A DNA stretch of 64,000 nt, taken from positions 45,083 to 109,082 of the forward strand of contig JAKLGA010000009.1 of assembly GCA_022710975.1 (NCBI GenBank). The letters run 5' to 3'. Made by a program: the position numbers and the translations under genes. Below the pieces are notes generated by a model. That model searched no databases. It was given only the letters and a program-made list of their open reading frames with translations, and was not told where the DNA came from. This DNA comes from Myxococcota bacterium (GTDB lineage Bacteria > Myxococcota > B64-G9). The first letter of the stretch is position 1; each line of letters begins with the position of its first letter. This document shows positions 39,287 to 51,321 of the stretch, one piece after another.

Positions 39287-41365
39287 ATGAGGTTGGCAGG
39301 CTTGTGGGCAGCGGTGGGGTTCGGGGTGCTGGCGCTCGTGGGCGCGGGCTGCGACGGGCAGGGGAATGGGGACGGAGCCGACGCGGCGGACGGGGACGCA
39401 GCCGACGCGGCGGATGGGGACGGAGCCGACGCATCGGATGGGGACGGAGCCCCGGACGGGGCCGACGGCGGGCTGGACGACGGGGCGGACGAGGGCGCGG
39501 ACGAGCTGCCGGCCGGTTGCATGTTCCCGGGACCGGGCCCCCGGCCGCTCCTGTTCACCGACGTCACCGAAGAGCTCGGGCTGGGTCCGGCCGGGCTGCG
39601 CGCCACCGGTACCCAGGTGACGGTCGTGGATCTCAACGGCGACCGCTGGCCCGACCTGGCCCTGGTCAAGGGCTCGAGCGAGCGCGAGGATCCGGCCGCC
39701 GCCCGCGGCCTCTACCGCCTGCTCGAGAACCAGGGCGAGGCGGGCTTCGCGGACCGGACCTGGAGCTCGGGCCTGTTCGACGCCCGCGACGACACCCCCG
39801 GTCGGGTGGCCTCCCTGGCCGTGTTCGGCGACCTCGACAACGACGGGGATCAGGACGCCTTCCTGGGCGTGTACGAGACGACCGACAACCAGGCCGCGCT
39901 CCTCGACCACTCGGACGTCTACCTGAACGACGGGCAGGGCACGTTCACGCCCGGGCCGGTCTTCCGCTTCACCACCCAGGACCACGATCCCGTGGCCTCG
40001 GCCGTGCTGCTCGACTACGACCGCGACGGCCGGCTCGATCTGTTCACCGCCCACCACTACGCCCGCTACGGCTACCTCGAGACCATGATCCAGGACAACC
40101 TGTGGCGGGGCCTGGGGGACGGCGCCTTCGAGGACGCCACCGGCCCGGCCGGGCTGACCACCGAGTCCTTCAGCCTCGACGCGGCCTCCCGGGGCAAGAC
40201 CCACCGGCCCTCCTGGGGCGCGACCGCCTGCGACCTCGACGGGGACGGCTGGCCCGATCTCCTGGTGAACTCCTACGGGCGCATGTTCAACGCGCTGTAC
40301 CGCAACGCCGGCGGCGCCTTCGAGGATCTGAGCATGGCCTCGGGCTACGCCAGCGACGCCGTGTACGACTACACCGACAACCAGTTCTACGCCTGCTTCT
40401 GCGCCCTGGGCCTGGGCGATGCCCTCTACTGCACGGACGCCGACCCGCCGCAGATCACCTGCCAGGGCAACAACTGGTCCCGCGGCGTGGATGACCAGGC
40501 CTGGCGCCTGGGGGGCAACTCCGCCACCGTGGCGTGCGGAGACGTGGACGGGGACGGAGACCTGGACCTGCTGACCTCGGAGATCGCCCACTGGCACATC
40601 GGCCAGTCCTCGGACAGGAGCGAGCTGCTGCTGAACCGCGGGTTCCCTGCCGCCCAGTTCAGGCGGCCGGGCAACCAGGCCACCGGCCTGGTGCGCGAGC
40701 ACATCCTGAGCTGGAACGAGGGCGACCTCGGCGCCGCGCTGGTCGATCTCGACAACGACGGCTGGCTGGAGGCACTGATCGCCTCCTCGGACTACCCGGG
40801 CACGCACCTGCTGCTGTGGCAGCGCCGGCCCGATCACGTCTTCCAGGAGGTCGGGCTCGAGGCCGGGGTGCGGCAGCACCGGGCGCACGGCCTGGCCTGG
40901 GTGGACTACGATCGCGACGGGGACTACGACCTGGTGGTGGGCACCTCGCTGGCGCGCTGGTCGGCCGGCGACACCCCGCCGCCCCCCGAGGACGCCTTCG
41001 TGCACGTCTATCGCAACGAGGTGGGCCAGGACGGCAACCGGCTCCTGCTCCACCTGGTGGGGGCGGGCGGCGCCGGCGGCGCCAGCCGCGACGCCCTGGG
41101 CGCGCGGGTGAGCATCATCGCCGGCGGGCGCCGCTTCGCGACCGAGAAGCAAGGTCCGCACGGGCTGGGGGGCTTCCAGCACGACCCCCTGCTGATCGTC
41201 GGCCTGGGCGAGGCCTGCCGCGCGGACGAGGTGCGCGTGCGCTGGCCGAACGCGCAGGGCAGCGAGGTGGTGCTGCGCGACGTGGACGCCAACCAGGTGG
41301 TCTGGCTCGAGGAGGGCCAGCCCGCCCGCTACCTGTCCCTCGAGGACTACCGCCAGGGGCGCTAG
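39287..41365 (+). CDS. FG-GAP/VCBS repeat lipoprotein (ASPIC/UnbV-like)
   Basis: 692 aa from MRLAGLWAAV. GAGGAG Shine-Dalgarno 8 nt upstream. Asp-rich low-complexity linker. Repeated DxDGDGxxDL FG-GAP-type Ca-binding motifs (DLNGDRWPDL, DLDGDGWPDLL, DVDGDGDLDLL, DYDRDGDYDLV). Confidence 0.8.
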   Translation: MRLAGLWAAVGFGVLALVGAGCDGQGNGDGADAADGDAADAADGDGADASDGDGAPDGADGGLDDGADEGADELPAGCMFPGPGPRPLLFTDVTEELGLGPAGLRATGTQVTVVDLNGDRWPDLALVKGSSEREDPAAARGLYRLLENQGEAGFADRTWSSGLFDARDDTPGRVASLAVFGDLDNDGDQDAFLGVYETTDNQAALLDHSDVYLNDGQGTFTPGPVFRFTTQDHDPVASAVLLDYDRDGRLDLFTAHHYARYGYLETMIQDNLWRGLGDGAFEDATGPAGLTTESFSLDAASRGKTHRPSWGATACDLDGDGWPDLLVNSYGRMFNALYRNAGGAFEDLSMASGYASDAVYDYTDNQFYACFCALGLGDALYCTDADPPQITCQGNNWSRGVDDQAWRLGGNSATVACGDVDGDGDLDLLTSEIAHWHIGQSSDRSELLLNRGFPAAQFRRPGNQATGLVREHILSWNEGDLGAALVDLDNDGWLEALIASSDYPGTHLLLWQRRPDHVFQEVGLEAGVRQHRAHGLAWVDYDRDGDYDLVVGTSLARWSAGDTPPPPEDAFVHVYRNEVGQDGNRLLLHLVGAGGAGGASRDALGARVSIIAGGRRFATEKQGPHGLGGFQHDPLLIVGLGEACRADEVRVRWPNAQGSEVVLRDVDANQVVWLEEGQPARYLSLEDYRQGR

Positions 41366-41392
41366 GCCTCGACTGGCGCAAGGGGAGCTCGC

Positions 41393-42535
41393 ATGAAACG
41401 CATCGGTGTGCTGGGCTGTGGGCTGGTCGGGGCGACCATCGCCCGGGATCTGTCGGAGGACGGCCGCTACCGCGTGACCGCGGCCGATCGCGACACGCGC
41501 CGGCTGGAGGGGCTCGCGCGCCGCGACCTGCTCGAGCCCGCCCAGGCCGATCTGGGCTCGCCCGAGGCGGTGGCCCGCTTCATCGCCCCGTTCGACGTGG
41601 TGGTGGGCGCCCTGCCCAGCCGCTTCGGGTTCCAGACGCTGCGGACGGTGCTCGAGGCGCGGAAGCCCTACTGCGACATCTCCTTCATGCCGGAGGGCGC
41701 GCTCGCGCTGGACGGGCTGGCCCGTGAGCGCGGGGTGTGCGCGGTGGTCGACTGCGGGGTGGCCCCGGGGCTGGCGAACCTGCTGATCGGCCACGCCCAC
41801 GCCCTGTTCGAGCGCACCGACTCGGCCGTCTTCTACGTGGGCGGGCTGCCGCGGGTCAGGCGCTGGCCCTGGGAGTACAAGGCGCCCTTCGCCCCGGCGG
41901 ACGTGCTGGAGGAGTACACCCGCCCCGCCCGCATGAAGGTCGGCGGCCGCGTGGTGGCGCTGCCCGCGCTGAGCGAGCCCGAGCTCGTCGACATCCCCCA
42001 GGTCGGGCACCTGGAGGCCTTCAACACCGACGGGCTGCGCAGCCTGCTCGAGACCATCGACGCGCCCGAGCTGCGCGAGAAGACCATGCGCTACCCGGGG
42101 CACGCCGCGCTGATGCGGGCGTTGCGCGACAGCGGCTTCCTCGACCCGGCCCCGGTCGAGGTGGGCGGGGTGAAGGTCAGCCCGCTGGCGCTCAGCTCGA
42201 AGCTGCTGTTCGAGAGCTGGCGGCTGCTGCCGGGCGAGCCCGAGTTCACCTCGCTGCGGGTGATCGTGGAGGGCCTCCGGGCGGGCGCCCGGGAGCGGCG
42301 CACCTACGAGCTGTTCGACGAGACGGACGCGGCGCGCGGGGAGAGCTCCATGGCCCGCACCACGGGCTTCCCCTGCGCGCTGGTGGCCCGGCTGCTGGCC
42401 GAGGGCGAGCTGGCCGCGCCCGGGGTGCTGCCGCCCGAGCTGCTGGCCACGCGCCCCGGGCTGTACGAGCGCATCCTGGCGGGCCTGCGCGAGCGCGGGG
42501 TGGAGGTCAGCGAGCGGATCGAGGCGCTGGCCTGA
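41393..42535 (+). CDS. saccharopine dehydrogenase-like NAD(P)-binding oxidoreductase
   Basis: 380 aa. N-terminal Rossmann motif MKRIGVLGCGLVGATIARDL. Family-typical size. Confidence 0.8.
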   Translation: MKRIGVLGCGLVGATIARDLSEDGRYRVTAADRDTRRLEGLARRDLLEPAQADLGSPEAVARFIAPFDVVVGALPSRFGFQTLRTVLEARKPYCDISFMPEGALALDGLARERGVCAVVDCGVAPGLANLLIGHAHALFERTDSAVFYVGGLPRVRRWPWEYKAPFAPADVLEEYTRPARMKVGGRVVALPALSEPELVDIPQVGHLEAFNTDGLRSLLETIDAPELREKTMRYPGHAALMRALRDSGFLDPAPVEVGGVKVSPLALSSKLLFESWRLLPGEPEFTSLRVIVEGLRAGARERRTYELFDETDAARGESSMARTTGFPCALVARLLAEGELAAPGVLPPELLATRPGLYERILAGLRERGVEVSERIEALA

Positions 42536-42564
42536 GGTCTCGAGGCCGGGCCGACCGCCTGCCC

Positions 42565-44673
42565 TCAGTAGAGGATGTCGAACAGGTTCGAGAAGCCGTC
42601 GGTCCAGGGGGCGAGCGTGAGATCCGCGTCCGGCGCCCCCGGCCGCTTGACCTCGGGCGCGAGCTCCGGGCGGGCCAGCAGCTCCTCGTTGCGGGTCATC
42701 AGCATCCAGGCCGCGCCCCAGGTGTGGCCCTGCTCGGTGTGCTCCCGGAAGACGCGCGGCAACCCGAGCTGCTCGGCCTGGCGGGCCGCCAGGCGGACGA
42801 GGTCGAGGTTCGCGTTGGACAGGTGGACCGCCAGCACGCCGCCCTGGCGGAGGTGCGCGAGGTAGAGCTGGAAGGCCTCCAGGGTGAGCAGGTGCACCGG
42901 CGGCGAGGCGGAGCTGAAGGCGTCGATGACCAGCACGTCCAGCTGGCCGAGGTCGCCGGCCGCGCGCTCCCGCTCCAAGACCAGCCGGGCGTCCCCCAGG
43001 CGGATGTCCCAGCCAGCCCGGGTGTCCCTCAGGTAGCTGAAGAACCCGCCCTCGCCCCGGGCCCAGGCGGCCACCTGCGGGTTCAGCTCGTACAGCCGGA
43101 GCACGTCCCCGGCAAGGCCGTACGCGGCGATGGTGCCCACCCCCATGCCCACCACGCCGATGCGCAGGGGCTGGCCGGACAGGCGCCTGGGGTGCAGGCG
43201 GATCGCGTCCGCGAGCAGGCTGCCCGGGCCGAAGGCGGTGGCCGGGTAAGGCCGGTCGTGCACGTACTGGCCACCGTGCACCACCGAGCCGTGCAGCATG
43301 ACCAGGTGCTCGTCGGGCGTGCCCTGCTCGCGGGCTTCGACCCGCAACACGCCGTAGAAGTTGCGGGCGGTGGCCAGCGCGTCGCGCCCGTGGTCCCTCA
43401 CCTGGAGCCCCAGGGTGACCGCCAAGGCCAGCGCCCACACCGGGGCCGCCACCATGGCCGGCCGGGCCCCCCGCCGGTGGGCCTCCGGGCCGGCGCCGGC
43501 CCGCGCCCAGGCGAGCAGCGCCAGCAGCGCCACCGCCACCAGGGCCACGTGCAGCTCGAAGAAGCCGGAGAACAGGAGCGGCGCCGCCAGGGCGCAGAAC
43601 AGGCCGCCCACCGCGCCGCCCGCGGACAGGCACAGGTAGAAGGCCGTGAGCCGCCGCGGGTGGGGTTTCAGGCGCACCAGCTCCCCGTGGCACAGCATGC
43701 AGCCGGTGAACAGGGCGGCCGACAGCACCGCCAGGATGGCCGCCGGGGTGGCCTCGGCGCCGGTGTACAGCAGCCAGGCCGTGGCCAGGGCCGCCAGCGC
43801 GTAGGCCGGGCCGAACACCACCCGCCGGTACCAGCGCTCGGAGTCGAAGGCCAGGATGAAGGTCAGCAGGTACAGGGTGAGCGGCAGCACCCACAGGAAG
43901 GGCACCACGGCCACCTCCTGCGAGAGCTGGTTGGTGACCGCGACCAGCAGCGTGGAGGCGGCCGCCGGCAGGAGCAGCCACATGCCGACGCGCGTCGCCC
44001 CGAGCGGCTCCGGCGCCTCCTCCGGCGCTCCCGGCCGCGGCGCGTCCGGCCGCGGGGCGGGTGCCTGGCCGCGGGCCAGGCGCCAGCCGAGGGCCACCAG
44101 GCCCACGGTCAGGAGCCCGAACAGCGCGGCCCAGACCCAGGCCTGGGCGGCCAGCGGCAGGCTGGGCTCGACCCCGAAGGGATAGCTGAGCAGCGCCAGC
44201 AGCGAGCCCGCGTTGGACAGCACGTACAGGCGGTAGGGCGTGGCCCGCGGCCGGTCGCTGTGCAACCAGGACTGCAGCAGCGGGCTCAGGGCCGAGAGCG
44301 CCAGGTAGGGCAGGCCGGCCCCCAGCCCGAGCAGCAGGATGAGCCAGCCGAGCGGCCACGTGTCCGCCGTGGGCCGGAGGGCGGGCCCGGGCAGCAGCGG
44401 CGCCTGCCACAGCGCGGCCTGGGCCACGAGCGCCGCCAGCGCGAGCGCGCACAGCGCCCCCTGGGCCAGGGCCTGGCCCCGCGGCCGCAGCCGGGTCGAG
44501 AGCAGGTGGGCCCAGGCGTAGCCGCCCAGCAGCAGGAGCTGGAAGAACAGCAGGCAGGCGGTCCACACCGCGGGCGTGCCGCCGAACCAGGGCAGCAGGT
44601 GCTTGCCCAGGATGGGCTGGATCTGGAACAGCAGGAAGGCCCCCAGGAAGGTGGCCAGGGCGTAGAGGGCCAT
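42565..44673 (-). CDS. polytopic membrane protein fused to a spermidine/spermine synthase-like domain
   Basis: 702 aa from MALYALATFLGAFLLF. About 10 TM segments followed by a methyltransferase-fold domain (GVVGMGVGTIAAYGL...VLVIDAFSS). The 5' 1100 codons of track ORF 42565..48009 are rejected. Confidence 0.8.
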   Translation of the reverse strand: MALYALATFLGAFLLFQIQPILGKHLLPWFGGTPAVWTACLLFFQLLLLGGYAWAHLLSTRLRPRGQALAQGALCALALAALVAQAALWQAPLLPGPALRPTADTWPLGWLILLLGLGAGLPYLALSALSPLLQSWLHSDRPRATPYRLYVLSNAGSLLALLSYPFGVEPSLPLAAQAWVWAALFGLLTVGLVALGWRLARGQAPAPRPDAPRPGAPEEAPEPLGATRVGMWLLLPAAASTLLVAVTNQLSQEVAVVPFLWVLPLTLYLLTFILAFDSERWYRRVVFGPAYALAALATAWLLYTGAEATPAAILAVLSAALFTGCMLCHGELVRLKPHPRRLTAFYLCLSAGGAVGGLFCALAAPLLFSGFFELHVALVAVALLALLAWARAGAGPEAHRRGARPAMVAAPVWALALAVTLGLQVRDHGRDALATARNFYGVLRVEAREQGTPDEHLVMLHGSVVHGGQYVHDRPYPATAFGPGSLLADAIRLHPRRLSGQPLRIGVVGMGVGTIAAYGLAGDVLRLYELNPQVAAWARGEGGFFSYLRDTRAGWDIRLGDARLVLERERAAGDLGQLDVLVIDAFSSASPPVHLLTLEAFQLYLAHLRQGGVLAVHLSNANLDLVRLAARQAEQLGLPRVFREHTEQGHTWGAAWMLMTRNEELLARPELAPEVKRPGAPDADLTLAPWTDGFSNLFDILY

Positions 44674-44717
44674 GCCGTCTCCTACCACGCCTGCCCGCGG
44701 CGGGGCAATCGGGGGGC

Positions 44718-45920
44718 TCAGGCGGTGGGCGGACCCGCCAGGGCGGCCTGGGTGGCGCGGCGGAAGACGACCAGCGGGAGCGCCAGGAGCAACGTCAGCA
44801 CGCCGCTCGTCCACAGCGGCAGGCCGTAACCGCAGGCCTCGCCCAGCGGCCCGAAGACGAGCGAGCCGACCACGAAGCCCAGCATGGTGCAGGTGTTGAT
44901 GAAGCCGGTGTTGCCGCCCAGGCGCTCCAGGGCGAACAGCCGGGCGATCCCGAAGTACATGACGATCAGCATGATGCCGTCGCCCAGCCCGTGCAGCGCC
45001 CGGAAGGAGACGCTCAGCGCCACCGGCTCGAAGACCATGCCCACGTGGCCCAGGCCCGAGGCCAGCAGGCCCAGCACCGCCAGGCGCCGCAGGTGCGGCA
45101 GGTCGCAGGCGCGCCGGCCGGCCCACAGGACCGCCGGGATGATGGCCGCGTACTCGACCGCCAGGTACCAGCCGATGCCCTCCAGGCCGAGGCCGAGGTC
45201 CACCCGCAGGAACAGGCCGTAGGAGGTGGTCTCCGCGCCCCAGTGGAGCGTGAACAGGAACAGCCACAGGGCGAACAGCAGCACCCGCCGATCTCCGAGA
45301 TCGGCCCGGTAGTCCTGCAGGCGCACGCGCGCCACCCGCGTGGGTGGCAACGCCAGGGCCAGGCCCGCGAGCAGCGCGGACAGCCCGGCCACGGCGAACA
45401 TCGTCCAGGTGAAGTCCAGCCGCGCCAGCAGGTAGCCGGTGGCCACGGTGCCCACCGCCAGCAGGCCGTAGCGCAGCGACTGGTACAGGCCCAGCCGGGC
45501 GCCGGTGCGCTCGCCGCAGTCGGTCTTCAGCACCTGCACGTCCAGGCTCAGCTTGAACACCCAGTTCGACAGGCTGTAGACCACGAACACCAGCAAAAAC
45601 AGCGGGTAGGCCCGGGCCGCGCCCATGCCCCACAGCCCGAGCGCCTGCCCCAGCAGCCCCACGCCCACCAGGGTCCGGCTGGTCAGCCGGTCGTTGCCCA
45701 GCCCCGCCGGCAGCGCCGCCAGCACGCCCATCGCCGCCTGGAGGGCGTACAGCAGCCCGATCTGGAGGCCGCTGAAGCCCAGCCCGTCCTTCAGGTGGAG
45801 GGTGAGGAAGAAACCGGCCACGGAGGTGGCCACCAGCACCAGCCCGGCCAGCAGGCCGGGCAGCCAGTCCGCGCGCAGCGGGTGGGAGACCGTCGCGGGC
45901 GTGGCGGGGGAGGGGTCCAT
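44718..45920 (-). CDS. MFS transporter
   Basis: 400 aa, about 12 hydrophobic segments. Directly upstream of and co-directional with the membrane-fused spermidine synthase-like gene. Confidence 0.75.
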   Translation of the reverse strand: MDPSPATPATVSHPLRADWLPGLLAGLVLVATSVAGFFLTLHLKDGLGFSGLQIGLLYALQAAMGVLAALPAGLGNDRLTSRTLVGVGLLGQALGLWGMGAARAYPLFLLVFVVYSLSNWVFKLSLDVQVLKTDCGERTGARLGLYQSLRYGLLAVGTVATGYLLARLDFTWTMFAVAGLSALLAGLALALPPTRVARVRLQDYRADLGDRRVLLFALWLFLFTLHWGAETTSYGLFLRVDLGLGLEGIGWYLAVEYAAIIPAVLWAGRRACDLPHLRRLAVLGLLASGLGHVGMVFEPVALSVSFRALHGLGDGIMLIVMYFGIARLFALERLGGNTGFINTCTMLGFVVGSLVFGPLGEACGYGLPLWTSGVLTLLLALPLVVFRRATQAALAGPPTA

Positions 45921-45994
45921 GCGCGCGGATCTCTACCCCGCCAGGGTCGGCTTGGCAAGCCGCTGGCGGGGTTTGCGCGCCGGCCGGGTTGCTG

Positions 45995-46003
45995 GTACAA
46001 GGG
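45995..46003 (+). promoter_or_regulatory. extended -10-like element TGGTACAAG upstream of ettA
   Basis: About 21 nt upstream of ATG 46024, with GAGGAGG Shine-Dalgarno in between. Same TGGTACAA core as upstream of the lipoprotein paralogs. Confidence 0.3.
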
Positions 46004-46023
46004 ACCCCCGCGAGGAGGTCCGC

Positions 46024-47709
<1,686 letters not shown>

Positions 47710-47721
47710 CGGAGGAGCGCC

Positions 47722-47964
47722 ATGGCGAACAAGGAATGCGACAGAGAGATCTCGGACAGCACCGCGACGATCAAGCTGCCGGTCGAGCTGCTGATGGCCC
47801 TGTCCGCGGACGGGGACGCCAGCAGGGCGTTCGACTGCCTGGAGGCCGCCGACCAGCGCGAGTACATCGACTGGGTCGGCGCGGCCCGGAAGCCCGAGTC
47901 CCGCGCCGAGCGGGCCGCCCAGGCCGTGCAGATGCTGCGGCAGGGCGACGGCAAGAAGAAGTAG
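47722..47964 (+). CDS. YdeI/OmpD-associated (OmdA-like) small protein
   Basis: 80 aa. C-terminal REYIDWVGAARKPESRAERAAQAVQMLRQG resembles the OmdA domain signature. Confidence 0.55.
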   Translation: MANKECDREISDSTATIKLPVELLMALSADGDASRAFDCLEAADQREYIDWVGAARKPESRAERAAQAVQMLRQGDGKKK

Positions 47965-47993
47965 GGCCACCGCGCCCCCACGAGGAGGTTCGC

Positions 47994-48911
47994 ATGTCCA
48001 GGCTGCCACGCCTGCTGGGCCTGTTCGCCCTGGCGCTCTGGGCCGGGGCCTGCTGCGCGCCCGCCCAGGCCGTGCGCGCGGAGCCCGCCTTCCAGCCCGT
48101 GCCCGGCTTCCCGGACGAGGTGAACCAGCGCCTGGCCCGCTTCCTGGAGGAGACCCGGGCCGAGCCCGGCCGCAAGGTGGCGGTGTTCGACGGGGACGGC
48201 ACGGTGTTCGGCCAGGCGCCGCACTACCTGGCGGACGAGTGCCTGTACCTGCACGCCCAGGCCCACCCCGACAGGAAACCCGAGCTCATCCAGGCGATGA
48301 GCAAGCAGGTCAACGTGTCCATCCCCTACGTCCAGGACCGCGTGCGCTACCTGGCCGGCCTGAGCCTGGTGGAGCTCCGCCAGCTCGGCGTGCGCTGCTT
48401 CCGGGAGCACTACGCGGACAAGTTCTACCCTCCCATGCGCGCGCTGGTCGATCTCCTCCAGGCCCACGGCTTCGAGGTGTGGGTGGTGACCGGTTCGCCC
48501 GAGGCGCTCTACCAGCAGTTCATCGCCGAGGGGCTCGGCATCCCCCCGCTGCGGGTGGTGGGGGTCAAGTCGATCATCCGCGGCGGCGTGGTCACCGACG
48601 AGATCGTGCCGCCCGTGCCCCAGGACGCCGGCAAGCTCCAGGCCATCGAGACCTTCATCCAGGAGAGGCCGCTGCTGGTGGGCGGCAACAGCCGCGGCGA
48701 TCGCGAGATGATCGAGCACAGCCGGGGCCTGAAGCTGATCGTCAACCCCGACGAGCACGTCGAGGTGGGCTCGACCGAGAGCATCGCCGAGGTGGCCCGG
48801 CGCGAGGGCTGGCTCACGGTGCGCATCCGCGACGTGCCCGCACCCGACTTCCCCTGGGTGACCTCCAGGGTCTACGGGGTGCGCGTCAACAAGACCCACG
48901 AGGGGCCGTGA
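47994..48911 (+). CDS. HAD-superfamily hydrolase (phosphatase-like), secreted
   Basis: 305 aa from [19 protein letters not shown] (signal peptide). HAD motif [18 protein letters not shown] Shine-Dalgarno upstream. Only the 3' part of track ORF 44991..48911 is real. Confidence 0.75.
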   Translation: MSRLPRLLGLFALALWAGACCAPAQAVRAEPAFQPVPGFPDEVNQRLARFLEETRAEPGRKVAVFDGDGTVFGQAPHYLADECLYLHAQAHPDRKPELIQAMSKQVNVSIPYVQDRVRYLAGLSLVELRQLGVRCFREHYADKFYPPMRALVDLLQAHGFEVWVVTGSPEALYQQFIAEGLGIPPLRVVGVKSIIRGGVVTDEIVPPVPQDAGKLQAIETFIQERPLLVGGNSRGDREMIEHSRGLKLIVNPDEHVEVGSTESIAEVARREGWLTVRIRDVPAPDFPWVTSRVYGVRVNKTHEGP

Positions 48912-48921
48912 GGACCCAGCC

Positions 48922-50271
48922 TTGCCAGGCCTGCTGAGGCGCATCTTCGGGCCGGCCCCGCACCGGCCACCGCTCCCGGAGGCGGAGGTCCGCCGGCGCT
49001 ACCCCTGGCTGCGCTGGGCAATGCTCGAGTCCACCTTCCTGGGCTACGCGGTCTTCTACCTGGTGCGCAACAACCTGGCGGTCGTGTCCAAGGACATGGG
49101 CGCCGCGCTCCAGTACGACAACAACGACATCGGCAACATCCTGGCGGCCACCGCCATCACCTACGGGCTGGGGAAGTTCGTGATGGGCGCGTTCTCGGAT
49201 CGCGCCAACCCGCGGGTGTTCATGGCCACCGGGCTGCTGCTCACCGCCTTGTGCAACCTGGCCTTCGGCGCGGTGGACAACTACTGGGTGCACCTCGGGC
49301 TGTGGGCGCTGAACGGCTTCATCCAGGGCATGGGCTGGCCGCCCTGCGGCCGGACGCTCGGCCACTGGTTCTCGGTGCGCGAGCGGGGCACGGTGTTCGC
49401 CTTCTGGAACATCGCCCACAACGTGGGCGGCGGCGCGGCCGGCATGGTGGCGGCCTGGAGCGCGGGGAGCTGGGGCTGGCGCTACGCCTTCATCGTGCCC
49501 GCGGCCATCGCCATCGCGGGCGCCGTGTACGTGCTGCTCCGCCTCCGGGACACCCCGCAGAGCGAGGGTCTGCCGTCGATCGAGGCCCACCGGCACGACT
49601 ACCCGCCCGACCAGACCGCGGGCCACACCCACGAGCGTGAGCTCACCACGCGCGAGCTGCTGGTGGTGCACATCCTCAGGAACCGCGCCCTGTGGCTGTT
49701 CGCCGCGGCCAATTTCTTCGTCTACATCGTGCGCTACAGCATGCTCGACTGGGGGCCGACCTACCTGCGCGAGGTGAAGGGCGGCACCCTCGAGGGCGGC
49801 GGGCTGGCGGTCATGGTGATCGAGTTCGCCGGCATCCCCTCGACGCTGCTGATGGGCTGGCTGTCGGATCGCTGGGGCGGCCGGCGCGGGCTGGTCAGCT
49901 TCCTGTGCATGCTGCCCATCGTGCTGGCCTTCGGCGGCATCCTGTGGAACCCGGCCGGCCGGCTGTGGCTGGACTACGCGCTGCTGGGGGTGGTGGGCTT
50001 CTTCATCTACCCGCCGGTCATGCTGCTCGGGGTGTCGGCGCTGGATCTCACCTCCAAGAAGGCGGTCGGCACCGCGGCTGGGTTCGTGGGGCTGTTCGGC
50101 TACCTGGGGCGCACGGCCCAGGCCAAGGGCTTCGGCTTCATGTCCAAGGAGATCACCGCCACCGCGGGCGCGGACGCGGCCTGGGACGCGGTGCTGTGGA
50201 GCATCCTCGGCTGCGCCCTCATCTCGATCGTGCTGCTGGCCTTCACCTGCAAGATGCGCCCCCGAGCCTGA
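48922..50271 (+). CDS. organophosphate:phosphate antiporter family MFS transporter (GlpT/UhpC-like)
   Basis: 449 aa. GlpT/UhpT-type N-terminal region ([14 protein letters not shown]...[33 protein letters not shown]). 12-TM organisation. Confidence 0.85.
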   Translation: MPGLLRRIFGPAPHRPPLPEAEVRRRYPWLRWAMLESTFLGYAVFYLVRNNLAVVSKDMGAALQYDNNDIGNILAATAITYGLGKFVMGAFSDRANPRVFMATGLLLTALCNLAFGAVDNYWVHLGLWALNGFIQGMGWPPCGRTLGHWFSVRERGTVFAFWNIAHNVGGGAAGMVAAWSAGSWGWRYAFIVPAAIAIAGAVYVLLRLRDTPQSEGLPSIEAHRHDYPPDQTAGHTHERELTTRELLVVHILRNRALWLFAAANFFVYIVRYSMLDWGPTYLREVKGGTLEGGGLAVMVIEFAGIPSTLLMGWLSDRWGGRRGLVSFLCMLPIVLAFGGILWNPAGRLWLDYALLGVVGFFIYPPVMLLGVSALDLTSKKAVGTAAGFVGLFGYLGRTAQAKGFGFMSKEITATAGADAAWDAVLWSILGCALISIVLLAFTCKMRPRA

Positions 50272-50307
50272 CAGAAAGAACCCTATTAGGGTGGGGGAAC
50301 GGGCCCT

Positions 50308-50316
50308 TGGTACAAT
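50308..50316 (+). promoter_or_regulatory. extended -10 TGGTACAAT, 6 nt upstream of ATG (predicted leaderless transcript)
   Basis: TGGTACAAT GGTGCC ATG. The same module is repeated upstream of the paralog at 51338. Confidence 0.4.
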
Positions 50317-50322
50317 GGTGCC

Positions 50323-51201
50323 ATGGTGATTCGCCACCTTTGGATGGGGCTCGTGCTGGGGCTCGGCCTCCTGGGCATGGGTTGCACGGAGGGTCAGGTT
50401 GGCTCTGGCGACAGCGGGTCGAGCAAGTCGAGCGTAGACGCCGGTGGCCCTCTTGCCAGTAGACACCCGCACCGAGACCTTGAACATGGAGATCTGCATC
50501 TGCAGATTCTTCATGCCTACAATGACGAATTCTCCGACCTGAAGCCATGGATTGGAACTCTGGATCAAGCCCTGGTGGCTGATCCCAACAACCGTGACCT
50601 GCAGCGGATCCGAAAGGCAGTCTGCGCTGAAGCCGATGAAAGAGCCATCCGTGACCAGTGCCTGGTCGAGTTCGATCTCGAACACTGGCAGGCTGCCTGC
50701 GATTGCTTCAAGAGGCTCTCCTGCACTCACAGAACGCCCAATGTCGGAGCCGAGGTCGCACTGTGTGTCCATCGCCAAGCCGAGCCTCTGAACTCCGGTG
50801 AGCTTGGCCTGGCACAGAGGTCCATCGAGCGGATGTACCCCGAGCCGGCGCTTTCAGCCGCGGTGAAGGGATACAGCGAGGGCAAGGTGCGGACATCGCT
50901 GCGGGAGCTGAATACCTTCATGCAGAGAACGACGGACGAAGCTCTGAGACAGAAGGCCATCACGCTTGGGATCCACATGCGCATAGTGAAGGGCTACTAC
51001 GACTCGGACCCGCTCGAATTGATATTCGGTGGTGAAGGTGCAAGCTGCTCGAGGATGGGGTGGTGCCCTTGCTTGAGGTTTGAAGCCCTCCAGGCGCTTG
51101 ATGCTGATGCGATGATCATGCCGTGGTGGGTCACATCCTTTTTCCATGAGGATATCGACAACAGGCTTCGAGAGTGCAGAGAGCGATGCGGGGGACGTTG
51201 A
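50323..51201 (+). CDS. hypothetical lipoprotein, paralog A (lower-GC islet)
   Basis: 292 aa. Lipobox LGLLGMGC. Shares the N-terminus MVIRH(L/V)WMGLVLGLG and a WQAA(C/Y)DCF(K/R)(R/K)L motif with the adjacent paralog. Local GC clearly below the window average. Confidence 0.6.
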   Translation: MVIRHLWMGLVLGLGLLGMGCTEGQVGSGDSGSSKSSVDAGGPLASRHPHRDLEHGDLHLQILHAYNDEFSDLKPWIGTLDQALVADPNNRDLQRIRKAVCAEADERAIRDQCLVEFDLEHWQAACDCFKRLSCTHRTPNVGAEVALCVHRQAEPLNSGELGLAQRSIERMYPEPALSAAVKGYSEGKVRTSLRELNTFMQRTTDEALRQKAITLGIHMRIVKGYYDSDPLELIFGGEGASCSRMGWCPCLRFEALQALDADAMIMPWWVTSFFHEDIDNRLRECRERCGGR

Positions 51202-51321
51202 AGCGCCCTCCGTCTGTCGAAGAAGGCGATCGCCCGTTTCTGTGGAAATCTGGGAGCCACTAATGGGTTACCCCAGTCCTGACCCCGGTCCGAATTCCTA
51301 TTGGGGTGAGGGACCTGGCGC

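Noticed and set aside
38363-44566. 2067-codon minus-strand ORF
   Set aside because: Antisense to the FG-GAP and saccharopine dehydrogenase genes; RGAP-rich translation. Only the separate in-frame gene 42565-44673 on this strand is real.
48886-50778. 630-codon minus-strand ORF
   Set aside because: Antisense to the GlpT/UhpC-like transporter, whose motifs are unambiguous.
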